From Heterodontus francisci (lineage: Eukaryota): a stretch of 64,000 nt of DNA. A model generated the notes under the pieces. The model saw only the letters and a program-made list of their open reading frames with translations, ran no database searches and had not been told where the DNA came from. The DNA lies in contig NC_090387.1 in NCBI RefSeq assembly GCF_036365525.1, positions 76,507,300-76,571,299 on the forward strand, read 5' to 3'. The stretch's first letter is position 1. Each line of letters opens with the position of its first letter. The translations under genes and the position numbers were made by a program. Positions 1 through 13,428 of this stretch are shown in pieces.

Positions 1-491
1 TTTAACTTCTGAACTGTCCTTGCTGTAATTCATCACGGGAAAAGAAGAGTATCAATTCAACTGCTGAATTAGACTGCATACTGTTCAACTGTTGAAGAAC
101 CCTTTCCCCCCATCGGATGGCTGTCAGGATTCATGCGACCTTGGACTACTCCACATTGGAAGATTTCACTTCAGCAGGAGCGTAAATATGCAAGGACACT
201 ATTATTTTTTCTATTTTAAATGTTGTTTATTACTTAGTAGTATTTAAGAATTTAGTTTTCCTAATTAAACAGTTAATTTGTGGATGCAAAGCCCAAACCT
301 GGTTTGGTTAGCCTCATTCAGAGGTTAGTAGATGGCACAATTTGGCTGGGTCTCTCTTTAATTTGCAAAGTTTAAAAATGATATGTTGGGCAATCTGTGG
401 AGGGAGCGGACTGAATCAACAGTGTGTTTCTTGCACCACAATAAGAATCATATATTTTGATTGGGGGCTTTGACGAGCGGTCGGTCATAAC
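1..491. mobile_element. Right part of an LTR inserted in the copy C intron (same family as 30220-31204)
   Basis: Similar to about 30780-31204. Ends ...ggtcataac directly before the sequence matching 36521, and is absent from gene A. Confidence 0.7.
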
Positions 492-683
492 TCATGGAAT
501 CCCTAATGAAAAATTGAAACTGTAGTATTTGGTAGAATCATAGAGCCATCGATCGTAGAAGGAGGCCATTGGTCCATCTTGCCTTTGTTGGCTCTTTGAA
601 AGAGCTGTGAAATTAGTCCCACTCCCTTGCTTTTTCCCCATAGCCCTGCAAAATATTCCTTTCCTAGTACACATCCATATTCG

Positions 684-2146
684 GGCAAGATTCCATGACA
701 TTGGAAAATAGCGAATGTAACTCCTTTATTCAACAAGGGAGGGAGGCAGAAAGCAGGAAACTACAGGACAGTTACCTTAACATCTGTCTTAGGGAAAATG
801 TTAGAAGCTATTATTCAAGACGTTTTAGCAGGGCACTTAAAATAAATTCAAGGTAATCAGGCAGAGTCGACATGGTTTTTTGAAAGGGAAATCATGTTTA
901 ACCAATTTATTGGAGTTCTTTGAACAAGTAACGTATGCTGCAGATCAAGGGGAACCGGTGCATGTACTGTACTTGCATTTTCCGAAGGCATGTGCTAAGG
1001 TTATTCAAAGGTTATTGCGAAAACTAAAAGTTGATGGTGTAGGGGGTAACATATTGGCATGCATAAAACTTTGGTTAGCTAATAGGAAACTGAGATTAGG
1101 CATAAATGGGTCGTTTTCTTGTTGGCAAGATGCAATGAGTGATGTGCCACAGAAACCATTTCTTGGGCCTCAAATTTTGCAATTTATATTAATGACTTGA
1201 ATGAAGGGACCAAAAGTATGGTTGCTAAATTTGCTGATGACACAAAGACAGGTAGGAAGGTAAGTAGTGAAGCCGACATAAGAAGGCTACAAACGGATAT
1301 AGGTAGGTTTAGTGAGTAGACAAAGATCTGACAAATGGAGTATAATGTGGGAAAATGTGCAATTATCCATTTTAGCAAGAAGAATAAAAAAGAAACATGT
1401 TATCTAAATGGTGAGAGATTGCAGAGCTCTGAGATGCAGATTGATCTGGGTGTCCTAGTGCATGAATCGCAAATGGTTAGTATGCATGTTCAGCAAGTCA
1501 TTAGGAAAGCTAATAGAATGTTATTGTTTATTGCGAGGGAATTGAATACAAAATAGGGAGGTTATGTTTCAGTTATACAGGACATTGGTGAGACCACATC
1601 TGGAGTACTGTGTATAGTATTGGTCTCCTTATTTAAGGAAGGATGTAAATGAATTGGAAACAGTTCAGAGAATGTTTAATTTGACTAATACCTGGAATGG
1701 GTGGGTTGTCTCATGAGGAAAGGTTGAACAGGCTAGGCTTGTATCTGCTGGAGTTTAGAAGAGTCAGAGGCGACTTGATTGAAACATATAACATGCTGAG
1801 GGGTCTTGACAGGGTCGATGTGGAAAGGATGTTTCCCCTTGTGGGTAAATCTAGAACTGGGGGTCACTGTTTAAAAAATAAAGGCTCACCCATTTAAGAC
1901 AGAGATGAGGAGAATGTTTTTTTTCTCTGAGGGTCATGAACTCTTCCTCAAAAGGCAGTGGAATCAGAATATTTATAAGGCAGAGGTGGGAAAATTCTTG
2001 ATAAGCATGAGGGTGAAAGGTTATCGGGGGTCTGGAGTCATGTTACAATCAGATCAGCCATGATCTTTTTGAATGGCGGAGCAGGCTCGAGGGGCCGAGT
2101 GGCCTACTCCTGCTCCTAATTTCGTATGTTCGTATGTATGTTCGTA
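684..2146 (+). mobile_element. 5'-truncated CR1 LINE (degenerate RT and 3' end), nested in an older minus-strand CR1 remnant (about 530-2300)
   Basis: ORF fragments GKSCLTNLLEFFE, KFADDTK and RLGLYLLEFRRVRGDLIETY, with a terminal (tatgttcg)-type microsatellite. Confidence 0.88.
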
Positions 2147-3277
2147 GATCCAATTCCACCTTGAAAATTGCTATTGAAACTGCTTGCTTCCAGTTAGTGA
2201 GTTCCAGATCACAGCAGCCTGCCGTGTAAAATAATTTCTCCTCCCCTCCCCTCCTATTCTTCTGCCAATTATCTTAAATCGGGTGCCTCTGGTTACTAAA
2301 TCATTGTTATCTGGTTATAAAGTCATGTGACTTTACAACGCAGGAATCCATTTGGCTCAGTGTGCTCGTGCCAGCTCTGAAAGAGCAATCCAGTTAGTCT
2401 CATTGACATATTTATACTCCCTTCAGCCCTTCAGGTATTCCCGTCAGAACAGTTAAGCTTCTTATTTCTGTTCTAATACATTCCATTCGTTTCCAAACAT
2501 CATCTCTCGGTGATCGGCCGTTACCTCGGCGGAAGAGCTGCGGGAACAGAAGAAAAACGAAATTCCCGAGGGTTTTCAGAGAATTCCACTATGTAATGTT
2601 GAGAGGAACATGTGGCCGCTTTGCGCAGGGACATGGTAAATATACTCACAAAGGTTTATTGTGGTTTTCTTTCTAGTGAAATCATAAAGTTGGTTCAAAA
2701 CACTTACCATCTCGAGAACAAAATTTCATCCTCATTTTAGCAAAATTGCAGTGACCAGTCCAACGTTCCTGCACAGTAGAAATTCCCTGTTTTGCTATTT
2801 CCAGTCAAATTGTAGGAATTTTCTAAAGAAATATTTGGCCAGCGATAAGAGAAGATCGTCGATCAAGAAAGTGCATATTGGGGCAGGTTTTGACTTTGTG
2901 CGACAATGGAAACCGGGCTAGAGTCAGTCGGCAGTCCCTCTTACATATCCCCTATTTTTTATTCCCATTGAAGTTGGAACCACCAGCTTTCTATCAATTG
3001 TTCTAAATTATCTACACATTGACACAGTAGGTGGAAGATTTCCTGCCTTGTACTATGTTAGGAAATTGTAAATCGTTAAAAAAAAACTGGTTTCATTGCA
3101 CAAAACAGAAAAGCTTCCCGTATAGCGACAATCTCAGCTCTTGAGTGGCTTGATGTTGACACTGGATACAAAAACCTGGGCCGGTGTCCCATTCCCGCAC
3201 GCTTCTCTACCTCTCTGGTATTTTACTAAATACCTGTTGCACAACTGACACTTGTAACAATAGCACCGGCGACTTAC

Positions 3278-3326
3278 TGGCCACAAGGAGCTGTGAGCCG
3301 GTTCCATTCCCAAACATTCCTCCCCG
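3278..3326 (-). pseudogene. Copy C: 3' remnant of a gene-A-like V exon (RGGMFGNGTGSQLLVA) with intact donor
   Basis: 47/49 nt identical to 39126-39174 and followed by gtaagt. Sequence above 3326 is unrelated to gene A. Confidence 0.85.
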
Positions 3327-4159
3327 TAAAATATGGCCACCTTCTAACAGGAATGATGGACCAGTGATGATAATTGAGCTTCCACTTTAGCTTGGGGCAT
3401 GGAGGTTAGTTGTGCCACCCCCCACCCCCCAACAACACCCCCCCCCCAACTGCCTTCACAGCCCCCCCCCCCCCCTCAACCCCCCAGCTTAGGTCACTAC
3501 TTTGCACAATCTGTTAACCTAACTGTCTGCCTGGGTAGTCAGTAAAGGTCATGTTTTCTGCAATCTTGTTGGCCACACAACTTATGATATGCACCATTTG
3601 TTAGATTTTTTTCAGCACATTATTTCAGTTTAAATTTGAGCCCTTTCAGTTACTGCAGATGTGAGCTGATGACAGTTGGGACCTTAGTGAATGACTGACA
3701 GGACCAGTAATCTATATCCTTAGCCAATGAAATTTAAGGCTGAGGAAAGGAACGAACGACTGTCGGGGGTGAATTGAAGTTGGTGAATAAAATTCAATTC
3801 AAGTGCAGAAAGCAAAATAAAGATTGCATTGAGAGAAGCGACAGATTTAAAAAATCTAGAATTTTCTACATGCCAAAATGATGCTTAATTTAAATTGTTC
3901 CCTTTTTAGGCTGGAGAGGTTGAATGCTATTGCATTAACAGTTATCCCATGAGAGAGAGAGGGGCACAGAGAGAGGGAGAGAGAGCTTTTAAGCATGAGC
4001 CCTAACTTTCTGCGGCAAGGTTAATGTGCAATTATAAAAAGTTCTGAAAAATAAGGAGATGTTGAGGGTGATCTGCCACTTGTGAAAGACAAACGGCTCA
4101 GCGGTCTAAAGTGATCAGTTCGTGTCTCTTTGCCTTTAATTTTCTGGCACATTTGCGCA

Positions 4160-4500
4160 TTAAGATAATAAGGTTTGATAGGATAGACATAAAGAAGGTG
4201 TTTCCACTGAGTGGAGAAGGAAAACTAGGGCTGACTTTAAATGATACTCAATACAGAATCTGGGGGAAACATCTTTACCTAGAAAATTATTAGAATGTGG
4301 AACTCTACCACAAGGAATGGTTAAGGTAAATAACACACATGCATTTAAGGAGAAGGCCGATAAACACGAGGGAGAAAGGAATGGAGGCTTTTAGTATAAA
4401 TTTGGATAGCGTAGTGGGAGGGAGGCTTGTGTGGAGCATATGTGCCAGTATGAACCAGTTGTGTAGAATAGCCTGTTTCTGTGCTGTACATTCTATGTAA
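4160..4500 (+). mobile_element. CR1 3' fragment
   Basis: Typical CR1 ORF2 end and 3'UTR (tttgataggatagac...ctgtgctgtacattctatgtaa). Confidence 0.6.
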
Positions 4501-4562
4501 TAAAGGCATTTTGTTTTGAACTTGCACTTTTCCTGCAAGATTTGGGCTGCTGTCTTTACTAG

Positions 4563-4766
<204 letters not shown>

Positions 4767-5159
4767 TGAGGAAGTAATTCGGTAACGCATGCACATGCTG
4801 CTGGTTCATTGAGACCTCCGGATTGTTTAAAGCTTAATGGTTTAGGAGAGGAATAAGCACTGATTTTAATTTTATATGGCTTGGGAATGTCTAAAACAGC
4901 TTCGTATGGAAATGGTCTTAACAGGCCTGTAGATAATAAATATGCCAGTCATGAATCTGATCTGTACTGCCTTGTGTTGATCCTAATGTTCGCCTATCTT
5001 TCCCATTAAAAGTAAGACTTGCAGAGGGTGCAGTGAAGGCTTTCCTGGAAAATTGAGCAACATGTTGCAGTTTTGTCACTTTGACATATTTTCCTTGTTT
5101 ACGGCTTAACAGTTTTCTTGGGCAAACTGAAAATATTCTTTCTTCTTTGCCCTACCTGG

Positions 5160-7070
5160 ATTAGTAACAGCAGTAGGTCATTTAGCCCCTTGATCCAATT
5201 CTGTCATTGTGATATAATGGCTGATGTACAACTTAACTCCAGATATCCGCCTTTGCTCTATATCCCATAATGCCTTTGGTTAACAAAGGTCTTATCAGTC
5301 TCAAGTTCTAAATGTAACAATTGATCTAGCATCAATTGCTGTTTGCAGAGGAGAGAATAAGAACAAAGAACAAAGAACAGTCCAGCACAGGAACAGGCCA
5401 TTCGGCCCTCCAAGCCTGCGCTGATCTTGATGCCTGCCTAAACTAACACCTTCTGCACTTCCGGGGCCCATATCCCTTTTATTCCCTTCCTATTCATGTA
5501 TTTGTCAAGATGTCTCTTAAACGTCGCTGTCGTATCTGCTTCCACCACCTCCCCTGGCAGCAAGTTCCAGGCACTCACCACCCTCTGTGTAAAAAACTTG
5601 CCTCGCACATCCCCTTTAAACTTTGCCCCTCGCACCTTAAACCTATGTCCCCTAGTAACTGACTCTTCCACCCTGGGAAAAAGCTTCTGACTATCCACTC
5701 TGTCTATGCCGCTCATAACTCTGTATACCTCTATCATGTCGCCCGCCCCTCCACCTCCGTCGTTCCAGTGAAAACAATCCGAGTTTTTCCAACCTCTCCT
5801 CATAGCTAATGCCCTCCAGACCAGGCAACATCCTGGTAAACCTCCTCTGTACCCTCTCCAAAGCCTCCACGTCCTTCTGGTAGTGTGGCGACCAGAATTG
5901 CACACAATATTCTAAGTGTGGCCTAACTATGGTTCTGTACAGCTGCAACATGACTTTTTATACTCTATGCCCCGACTGATGAAGGCAAGCATGCCGTATG
6001 CCGTCTTGACTACCTTATCCACCTGCGTTGCCACATTCAGTAACCTGTGGACCTGTACACCCAGATCTCTCTGCCTGTCAATACTCCTAAGGGTTCTGCC
6101 ATTTACTGTATACCTCCCACCTGCATTGGACCTTCCAAAATGCATTACCTCACATTTGTCCGCATTAAACTCCATCTGCCATTTCTCTGCCCAGGTCTCC
6201 AACCGATCTATATCCTGTTGCATCCTCTGACAATCCTCATCATTATCCGCAACTCCACCAACCTTTGTGTCGTCCGTAAACTTACTAATCAGACCAGCTA
6301 CATTTTCCTCCAAATCATTTATATATTCTACAAACAGCAAAGGTCCCAGCACTGATCCCTGCGGAACACCACTAGTCACATCCATCCATTCAGAAAAGCA
6401 CCCATCCACTGATACCCTCTGCCTTCTATGACAGAGCCAGTTCTGTATCCATCTTGCCAGCTCACCTCTGATCCCGTGTGACTTCACCTTTTGTACCAGT
6501 CTGCCATGCTGGACCTTGTCAAAGGCTTTACTAAAGTCCATATAGATAACATTCACTGCCCTTCCTTCATCAATCATCTTCGTCACTTCCTCAAAAACCT
6601 CAATCAAATTAGTAAGTTCCAAACATCTTTTTTTTGTGTGTGAGTGTTGCCTAACTTCTCTCCTGAAAGACCTGGTTCTAATTTTTGGACTATGACCCCT
6701 TGTCCTAGACTCCACAGCCGTTGGAAATAGTTATTCTCTGAGCTCTTTGTTGCACTCATCTCGAAAACTTGGATCAAATTACCCTTTAATGGTCTAAATT
6801 TCAGGAATACAAATCTATTTTGTGTAATTTAACCCGTAGAATCCAGGTCTTTTGGCAAATCTATGCTGCAGTCCCTCCAAGGCCATTATATTCTTCCTAA
6901 GGGGAGCTGCTCAGAACTGCTCACAGTACTCCATGTGTGGTCTATCCAGGGCTTTATACAATTGTAGCATAACTTCTGCCCCCTTGTTTTTCTGGTTGTT
7001 CAGATATAAAGATCACTATCCCATTCGCCTTTTTGAATATGTTCTGTACCTGCCCATGAAGTATTAATCT
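5160..7070 (-). mobile_element. Younger CR1 (about 5356-6615) nested in an older CR1 remnant
   Basis: ORFs 5927-6715 (MDFSKAFDKV, GVPQGSVLGPLLF, KFTDDTK) and 5691-5951 ([13 protein letters not shown]). 3' (aagaaca)n tail at 5356. Confidence 0.9.
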
Positions 7071-10000
7071 ATATATTGTATAGACAGTAAGAATCAAATC
7101 TAATTCCAGGAACTTACTTGGAGAATATATAGGGTGCTTGTGTCAATGCTCTGAGAACAGAATATATCCTGCCAGATCACTTTTATAAATTGCTGTTCTG
7201 GGTTTATTTGCAAATCAGTTTTACTTAAAACAAGGTACATGGGCAACGTAAATAAAAAGGGTGAATGAGCCCTTTTCAAAAAGCTGTCTGTACAGCAGTT
7301 TATGACCATTGCTTTGGGTGAATTGATGGAGCCTTATTTTCTTGGTTTGCAGTCTGCAGTCTTTACCGATATAATGGCATGCTTGGAATGAAAGCTTTAG
7401 CTTCCAGGTTCTGAGCTAAAGATATCAGAACTTAAGCTAGCAGTCAGCAATGGAATATTTCTTCAGTGAGCTAGCCTTTGATTGAAAGATAATTTTTGAA
7501 GTGGTAAAGTAACAAACAAGTGAGCTATTAAGTCTTTGGATCCGTGTACCTGATGTCTTGAACAGTTCCTTTCGGCAATTTTTGCCCCACCTTCTTGTTC
7601 TCATTTATGGATCACAGTAATCGGTGCAATGATTAACATTTTTAAGTTACTGTCCCAGCCATCAAAGTTTCCTTATCACATTTGTTTTGGTTCATGGAGG
7701 GTGCAGCTCTTCCATTTCTATCTTAAGGAAGAGTCACTTTCATTTTGACCTTATTACTTGAAATTATGCAAAAATGAAGAGAGACATTCTGATTCGAGAT
7801 AGTCCGTTACCCCTAATATCACCCAGGCACTTCCTGTAGACACAGTGGGTCAAAGTTTGCTGAAGCAGAGCAACTTGTGGCCTGCCTGCGTAGTGAGACC
7901 TTTTCCTGTACCTTTCAGCTTATTTTTTCTTTTGCCTTGTAGTTGGAGGTGTGAGATGATAACAGAACAGGGATAACTGGGTTTCTGACACTTTGGCGAA
8001 CAACAGAGCCAAGTGCATCTTGGGTGAGACTAAAGGAATGAGAAAGAGGTCGGACTGAAGAGGGGGGTGAATTAGAGTGAGTGAATTCAATGTCAAATCA
8101 GAAAGTGAAAGAAAGATTAGATTGAAAGACAAGAAAATGGAAAACATTTTGAAATATTCCATTCAATACATGAAGGAACAAGCATGCATGCCTTGAATTA
8201 TTTTGGGCGAGAGGTTGATCGGCAGCCATTAAAAATTATCACATCATTAAAAGTGCACTTGCATTAGTAACAATTACTTGACTTGACTTTTTGTGGTGAG
8301 TTTAATGAGCTATTAATTTGCAAATGCAACAACTTCATGAAACGAGTGAAAAGGTTTTCCAGAAGCTAGTGAAGCAAATTGTCCAGCAACTTGTAGAAAT
8401 TCACAATTCAACGAATATCTTCCTCGCCACAAATTTCTGGCCAATTTTCACACTTATGTGTGTAAATCGCACTGTTTTCTTCAGTAAATTCGATCCCAAT
8501 AAAGAGTTGGAGATTTTGCGAGGGCTGGGGCAGGGGAAGACCTCCGGAAAAGGGTCCATGCCCCCACCATTCTTTTTGTTTCATGATTTGTTTTGCTGTG
8601 GCTTTTAATTTATTTTGTGCAACGAATTAGTTGTCTTTTAAAACCATTCCTATGAGCAAGGTGTAAATGACTCTGGAGGGTTCCAATTCAAGTCAGGTTG
8701 GCTGCTTCAGTACAATACAATTGGGCAACCTCAGGCCTGAGACCCAATTTATTTAAGGCAGTTTTTTAAACGATCTTATTCTTTTTAATACCCTTAGGTT
8801 TAATTGCATTGTTCATGTTTAATATTTTTAATATATTGCAGTGTATGCTCATTTTTCAGTGTACTAAAATTCTCCTACGTTTTAAAATGTCAGGTGTAAT
8901 TTTATCTATAACTGAAGTTTATGGACATGTCAGATACAAGATCATGGTGGACATATGGGTCCAGCTTCCCTCAGCATCTTCAAGCATGGCTTCCATCGGC
9001 CACAGATTTTAATCAGTCCATCAGTTCTTCTAACCAAACCCAGTGGCATTTTGCAGCACCTGCCCTGACTTTGCTGGTGCTTAATTGGAATTATATTCAA
9101 CTCTACCAACGATGAAGCCAAGGAACTAAACTGGCGCTATAAAAAAATGTTTCTTTCTGCTCGTGTGTAATTGTTTGCATTTCCTACTTTATTAAATGGA
9201 CAAAGATACCTTTATTTTCTGAGGGTTTTAATTTGTGCATTTTGTTGTTTCACCCTGTTCATTTCAAATTCTAATTTGCAATTGGATGTAGCACTCAAAA
9301 CCTAGTTTGATTGATAAAAATTCACTCGTCCAGTTCTGCTGCATCAGTTTGTATAGTACAAACATAAAGTTTTAATCTCGTCTTTTGAAACAGGAGTTTT
9401 CTCGTCCAACTCCAGCCTCATACAGTTTTGGTCTGCTTTATGATCAGATCTGGAACTCTGATCCTTGGCTTATACTATTGGTTGAGATGTTAACTCTTTC
9501 CTGTTTTTTATGACAATACTTGTACTTTCTTTGAGCTGTATGCTTCATACCATGTCAGAGGTGTGCAGATGATCTGACTGCAGTTAGTTTACGGGCCTGT
9601 CCAATTTGCTGCAGTATCTGCTGGGTGCAATTTAGATTCTGAGTGTAATTAAATCTTCAGAAAATTGAAATGTTCGGCATCAGTGGATCTGGCAGTAAAT
9701 GTCAGATTGAAGGTAGTCATAAGGCTGTATACAAATCATCATGAATTTGTCAAAATATATTCACTTAACTAGTGGGGAGACGTGGGGGAGGGGTGGAGTT
9801 GGGGCAGGGGACGGTGGAAATTCTTGAACCCACAATAGAAACATTCAATTTGAACTGCACTAGTGCTGTAGGTGTGCAAATCTTTCACTGGATGAGTGTA
9901 GCTTGGTCTTGAAAAGTAGTGAACCACCAGTGGGTCTCGGTTTGTGTCCTCAGTTGGTAGTGGGTCCATCGTTTATCCTAACTTCATCCTTTAGTTCTCA

Positions 10001-11925
10001 TTCTGAAGTTCTTCTGGTTTTGAAAATATCTTTGAAATATTTACACTGAATATTGCAACATGGATGGATTAAATATTTATCTCGCACTATCTTAATGCCT
10101 TGAAAATGGCTTGAGTGCTTAGCAAGAGCCACGTGATGAGTTGGAATATGGGGATGCTAGGATCATTGTACCAGTAAGAAGTGCTAGAACGTTACCTGTG
10201 GCAAATGCTGGGTACAGGTTTTAGAAGTGATGTCACTTGGATTGCTGTGGGCATGTATAATTCATATTGGGTCTGTGCTGCATGCAATTATCCAGTAATG
10301 AAGATGCCTTCCAAAGCTAGTCTGTGCCTGTAGCGAGCCATATAAACAGTCAAATGGCAAAGTGTGAATGGGTCTGCCACTGCTGAATGATCAGAAAATG
10401 AGCTTGTATTGCCTAAGTAGTGCAAAGCACTTGGCTTAAATGGGTTGTCCCTGGCATACCACGATGCTATCACTGGTCTCTCGCAGTAACTTTGGCAAGC
10501 CATGAGATGTGATAAATGGCTCCTTACACTCTGTGGTACCAAAATGCTTGATAGCCTTGTGCTTGCACTACATTGCACCAACCTACAGACCATTAGAATG
10601 AATACTCTACCAGCTGACAAATTGATGTAAATGTGTTGTCCTATTCATATAGTAAAGTTGACCATTTTCTTCCAAATGCGTTCTTGGGCAGAAGTGCAAA
10701 TATTTGTTGAAAAATCTGTGATTAAACCCCTCTACTCTTCATGGGGGCGTTAAAACCTGGGCATAGACTTGTGACTGTTCTCCTTCTAAACAGTTGTGAT
10801 CCTGAAAGTCGCTTTCTAGACATAGTCGTGCTAACCTAGAAATAAACTGATTTACAATAGTGGAACCATGTGTCTACCTTCGAATTGTGTCCTGTTCTGT
10901 TAGTATGCTTTATCTATCTTCAGCTTATGCTTAAACTTTGCTAGGTTGTACCAGCTGGCACATTTTGCCAAACCACAATGAAAACTGCACAATCTTGGAC
11001 CACAGCCAGAGTCCGTGTTAGCTGTGCTGTCTCTTTGACCCTGTTGGATATTCAGCTGTGGCTTCTGTGAGATAAGTTGCTTCTGTGTTTCAATAGTTGC
11101 TGTTCTGTACTGTACTCAACTGACTACCTTGTGTAGTAAAGGTTCGAAAAAATGTCTCTATTGACTTTTCATACTATATTGCTTTTAACTGCATTTAAAA
11201 TGGTATATTTTAGTCATATTTCTCTCTTAAGTGAATTTATTTGTGCGTGTTAAGCTTGCCTGGCCCTCTATTAAAACTGGGCTACTTCAAAATAGGATCT
11301 TAGAATAGTTTAAACAGTTCGGTGCATTTTGTGGGGTTATGGGTTGATTGGCTTGCCCCCTCCTCTCTCCTGTAACCGAAAAGACCACAATACAGAACGT
11401 ATTTACAGCGAATGATGTTATAATTTGTTAAACAATAGTAAATATTCATTTTTTTAAAGTTGGATGATTGGCACTTTCTTAGACTTCAAGGGACTCCTTA
11501 TGATTTGACCATGCAAGCTTAATTTTAAGAAGCATCACATATCTGCCGGCGCAATTTTCTGATGACCCTTGGTTGATATCAAGGTAAAAACATCGCACAT
11601 GTTTGAAATTCAGAACACGTGGACCGGAGTAGCTTTTCAACCGACCGCCGCGTAAATTTGGCTTTGCAAACCCTGCTCTCGGCTGGTTCTATAATGGACC
11701 GACGACCAATTCCACCAGCTTACCGCCTCATCATTGAGATTGAAAATTAACACTTCTCCTCTCAAAACACACACACACGAGATGCGTGTAATGTTCCAGA
11801 ACGTTACTCATTAGTCCAGTTGCAATAAATGAAAACAATGATAGAAGCACGTTTAATGGTGTATAATCGAATACCCTGGAACGACACCCAGAAATAGCCA
11901 AGTTTTTCGGGCTGTGTTTAGATTC

Positions 11926-12063
11926 TTAACTTCTCTCTTTCTTTATCACGTTTACTTCAGCATACACTGCGCTCTTGTCTTGTTTAGGTTTTGATGTTTT
12001 CTTGGAATCAGCAAGCTGCAGAGCCGCGTAAGTCAGCTGGTTCTCACCGCTTCTTTGTTTAGT
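11926..12063 (-). CDS. Gene B exon 8 (terminal): tyrosine module 3 with canonical ITIM (TKQRSGENQLTYAALQLADSKKTSKPKQDKSAVYAEVNVIKKERS*)
   Basis: Acceptor acttttacag|, 138 nt ending in TAA. LTYAAL fits I/V/L/SxYxxL/V and AVYAEV is ITIM-like. Candidate ATTAAA at 11852-11857. Total CDS 1143 nt = 380 aa. Confidence 0.88.
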   Translation of the reverse strand, partial: TKQRSGENQLTYAALQLADSKKTSKPKQDKSAVYAEVNVIKKERS

Positions 12064-12497
12064 CTGTAAAAGTAATATTTCGTATCACCCGTTAATCTGT
12101 TGCTCACTCATTGCTTGAGGTAATTTAGGTTTGAAAAAGACTGTAGCGAAATTTCTTCTCATCAATTACCAACTTCAGGTTGTAACCGGATTTTGTTTTG
12201 GTTTGTTTCTCCAGTTTCTCCCCTCTCTGCAAACGATTCACGTTGCGTTCCAATTCCACACCCTCCCCTAAATCTTACTGGTATTCCGCTTTAACCTTCA
12301 TATAAAATCAGTTCTGCTGAAAGGTCACAGACCTGAAACGTTAACTTTGTTTCTCTCTCCATAGATGCTGCCTAACCTACTGAGTACTTCCAGCACTTTC
12401 TGGGTTTTTTTCAGATTTCCAGCATCCGCAGTATTCTGCTTCTATAAAATTAGGTCTCCTGCTCATGCAGCCCATTCAAGGGAGCAGATTAATACTT

Positions 12498-12747
12498 CAA
12501 AGAACAAAGAACAAAGAACAGTACAGCACAAGAACAGGCCATTCGGCCCTCCAAGCCTGCGATGATCTTGATGCCTGCCTAAACTAAAACCTTCTGCACT
12601 TCCGGGGCCCATATCCCTCTATTCCCTTCCTATTCATGTATTTGTCTAGATGTCTCTTAAACGTCGCTATCGTATCTGCTCCCATGGCAGCAAGTTCCAG
12701 GCACTCACCACCCTCTGTGTAAAAAAGCTTGCCTCGCACATCCCCTC
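12498..12747 (-). mobile_element. CR1 3' fragment in the last intron of gene B
   Basis: Near-identical to 5360-5613. Confidence 0.8.
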
Positions 12748-12988
12748 AATTAAAATATAAAAATGAATTTCATACTGGTCTCTTAAGGGTATTTGGAATT
12801 ATGATATTGTAAAGCACTGTTTTTGAGGCCCTATTGTTTGAGCCTCGAAGGTCAAATATGATGAACCTTGTCTGAGATCAGCTGACACAACGCAGTGGTA
12901 GATGAAACCTGGGATCTTTGCATTTCCTGCAGCCCGGTGTCGTAACACTTAACATTGCTGATATATCAATGAATGATCTGAGCTGTAC

Positions 12989-13081
12989 CTGAGCATACAC
13001 CGTACGCTGTTCCTTCTGTCGGTGTTTCGCATTGTTCCTGGTCCTGGTTTCGACAGTGGTGTAAGGAAATTCTTGTTCCGT
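12989..13081 (-). CDS. Gene B exon 7: tyrosine module 2 (TEQEFPYTTVETRTRNNAKHRQKEQRTVYAQ)
   Basis: Acceptor tattttacag|, donor CAG|gtacag, 93 nt, phase 0-0. Same two-Tyr layout as exons 6 and 8. Confidence 0.8.
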
Positions 13082-13428
13082 CTGTAAAATAGATATTTGC
13101 CAGTCTTACCAGGTGAGTTTCTTATTTTGTAATTTGTAGTCGTTATTACAGTCAAACTCGAAAATGAAGTGGAGCTAATTTTGATTGACTGTCGTGTAAA
13201 ACAAGTGGATAGAATCCGCAACCCGTTTTACATTTCTCATGATTTCTATTTCCAACCAAGTCAGCGGGAGAGATGCCGACTCGCCAGCACTCGTTATCTA
13301 CTGTCCCATAAAGTCAACACTACCTCGGTAAATGCTGTATAGGTTGTTAGAGTTGACTCTGTTATCACAGAGTGATGATTTTATGTAGAAATGGTTTGGA
13401 TATCATTCGCGCCAATCGCTCGCCCTAC

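Larger units (their letters stand above)
493..3326. repeat. Segmental duplicate of gene A intron 2 and V-exon end (paralogous to 36521-39174)
   Basis: Colinear direct similarity throughout, including the same nested CR1 insertion. Copy C carries about 145 extra nt near 2470-2612. Confidence 0.9.
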
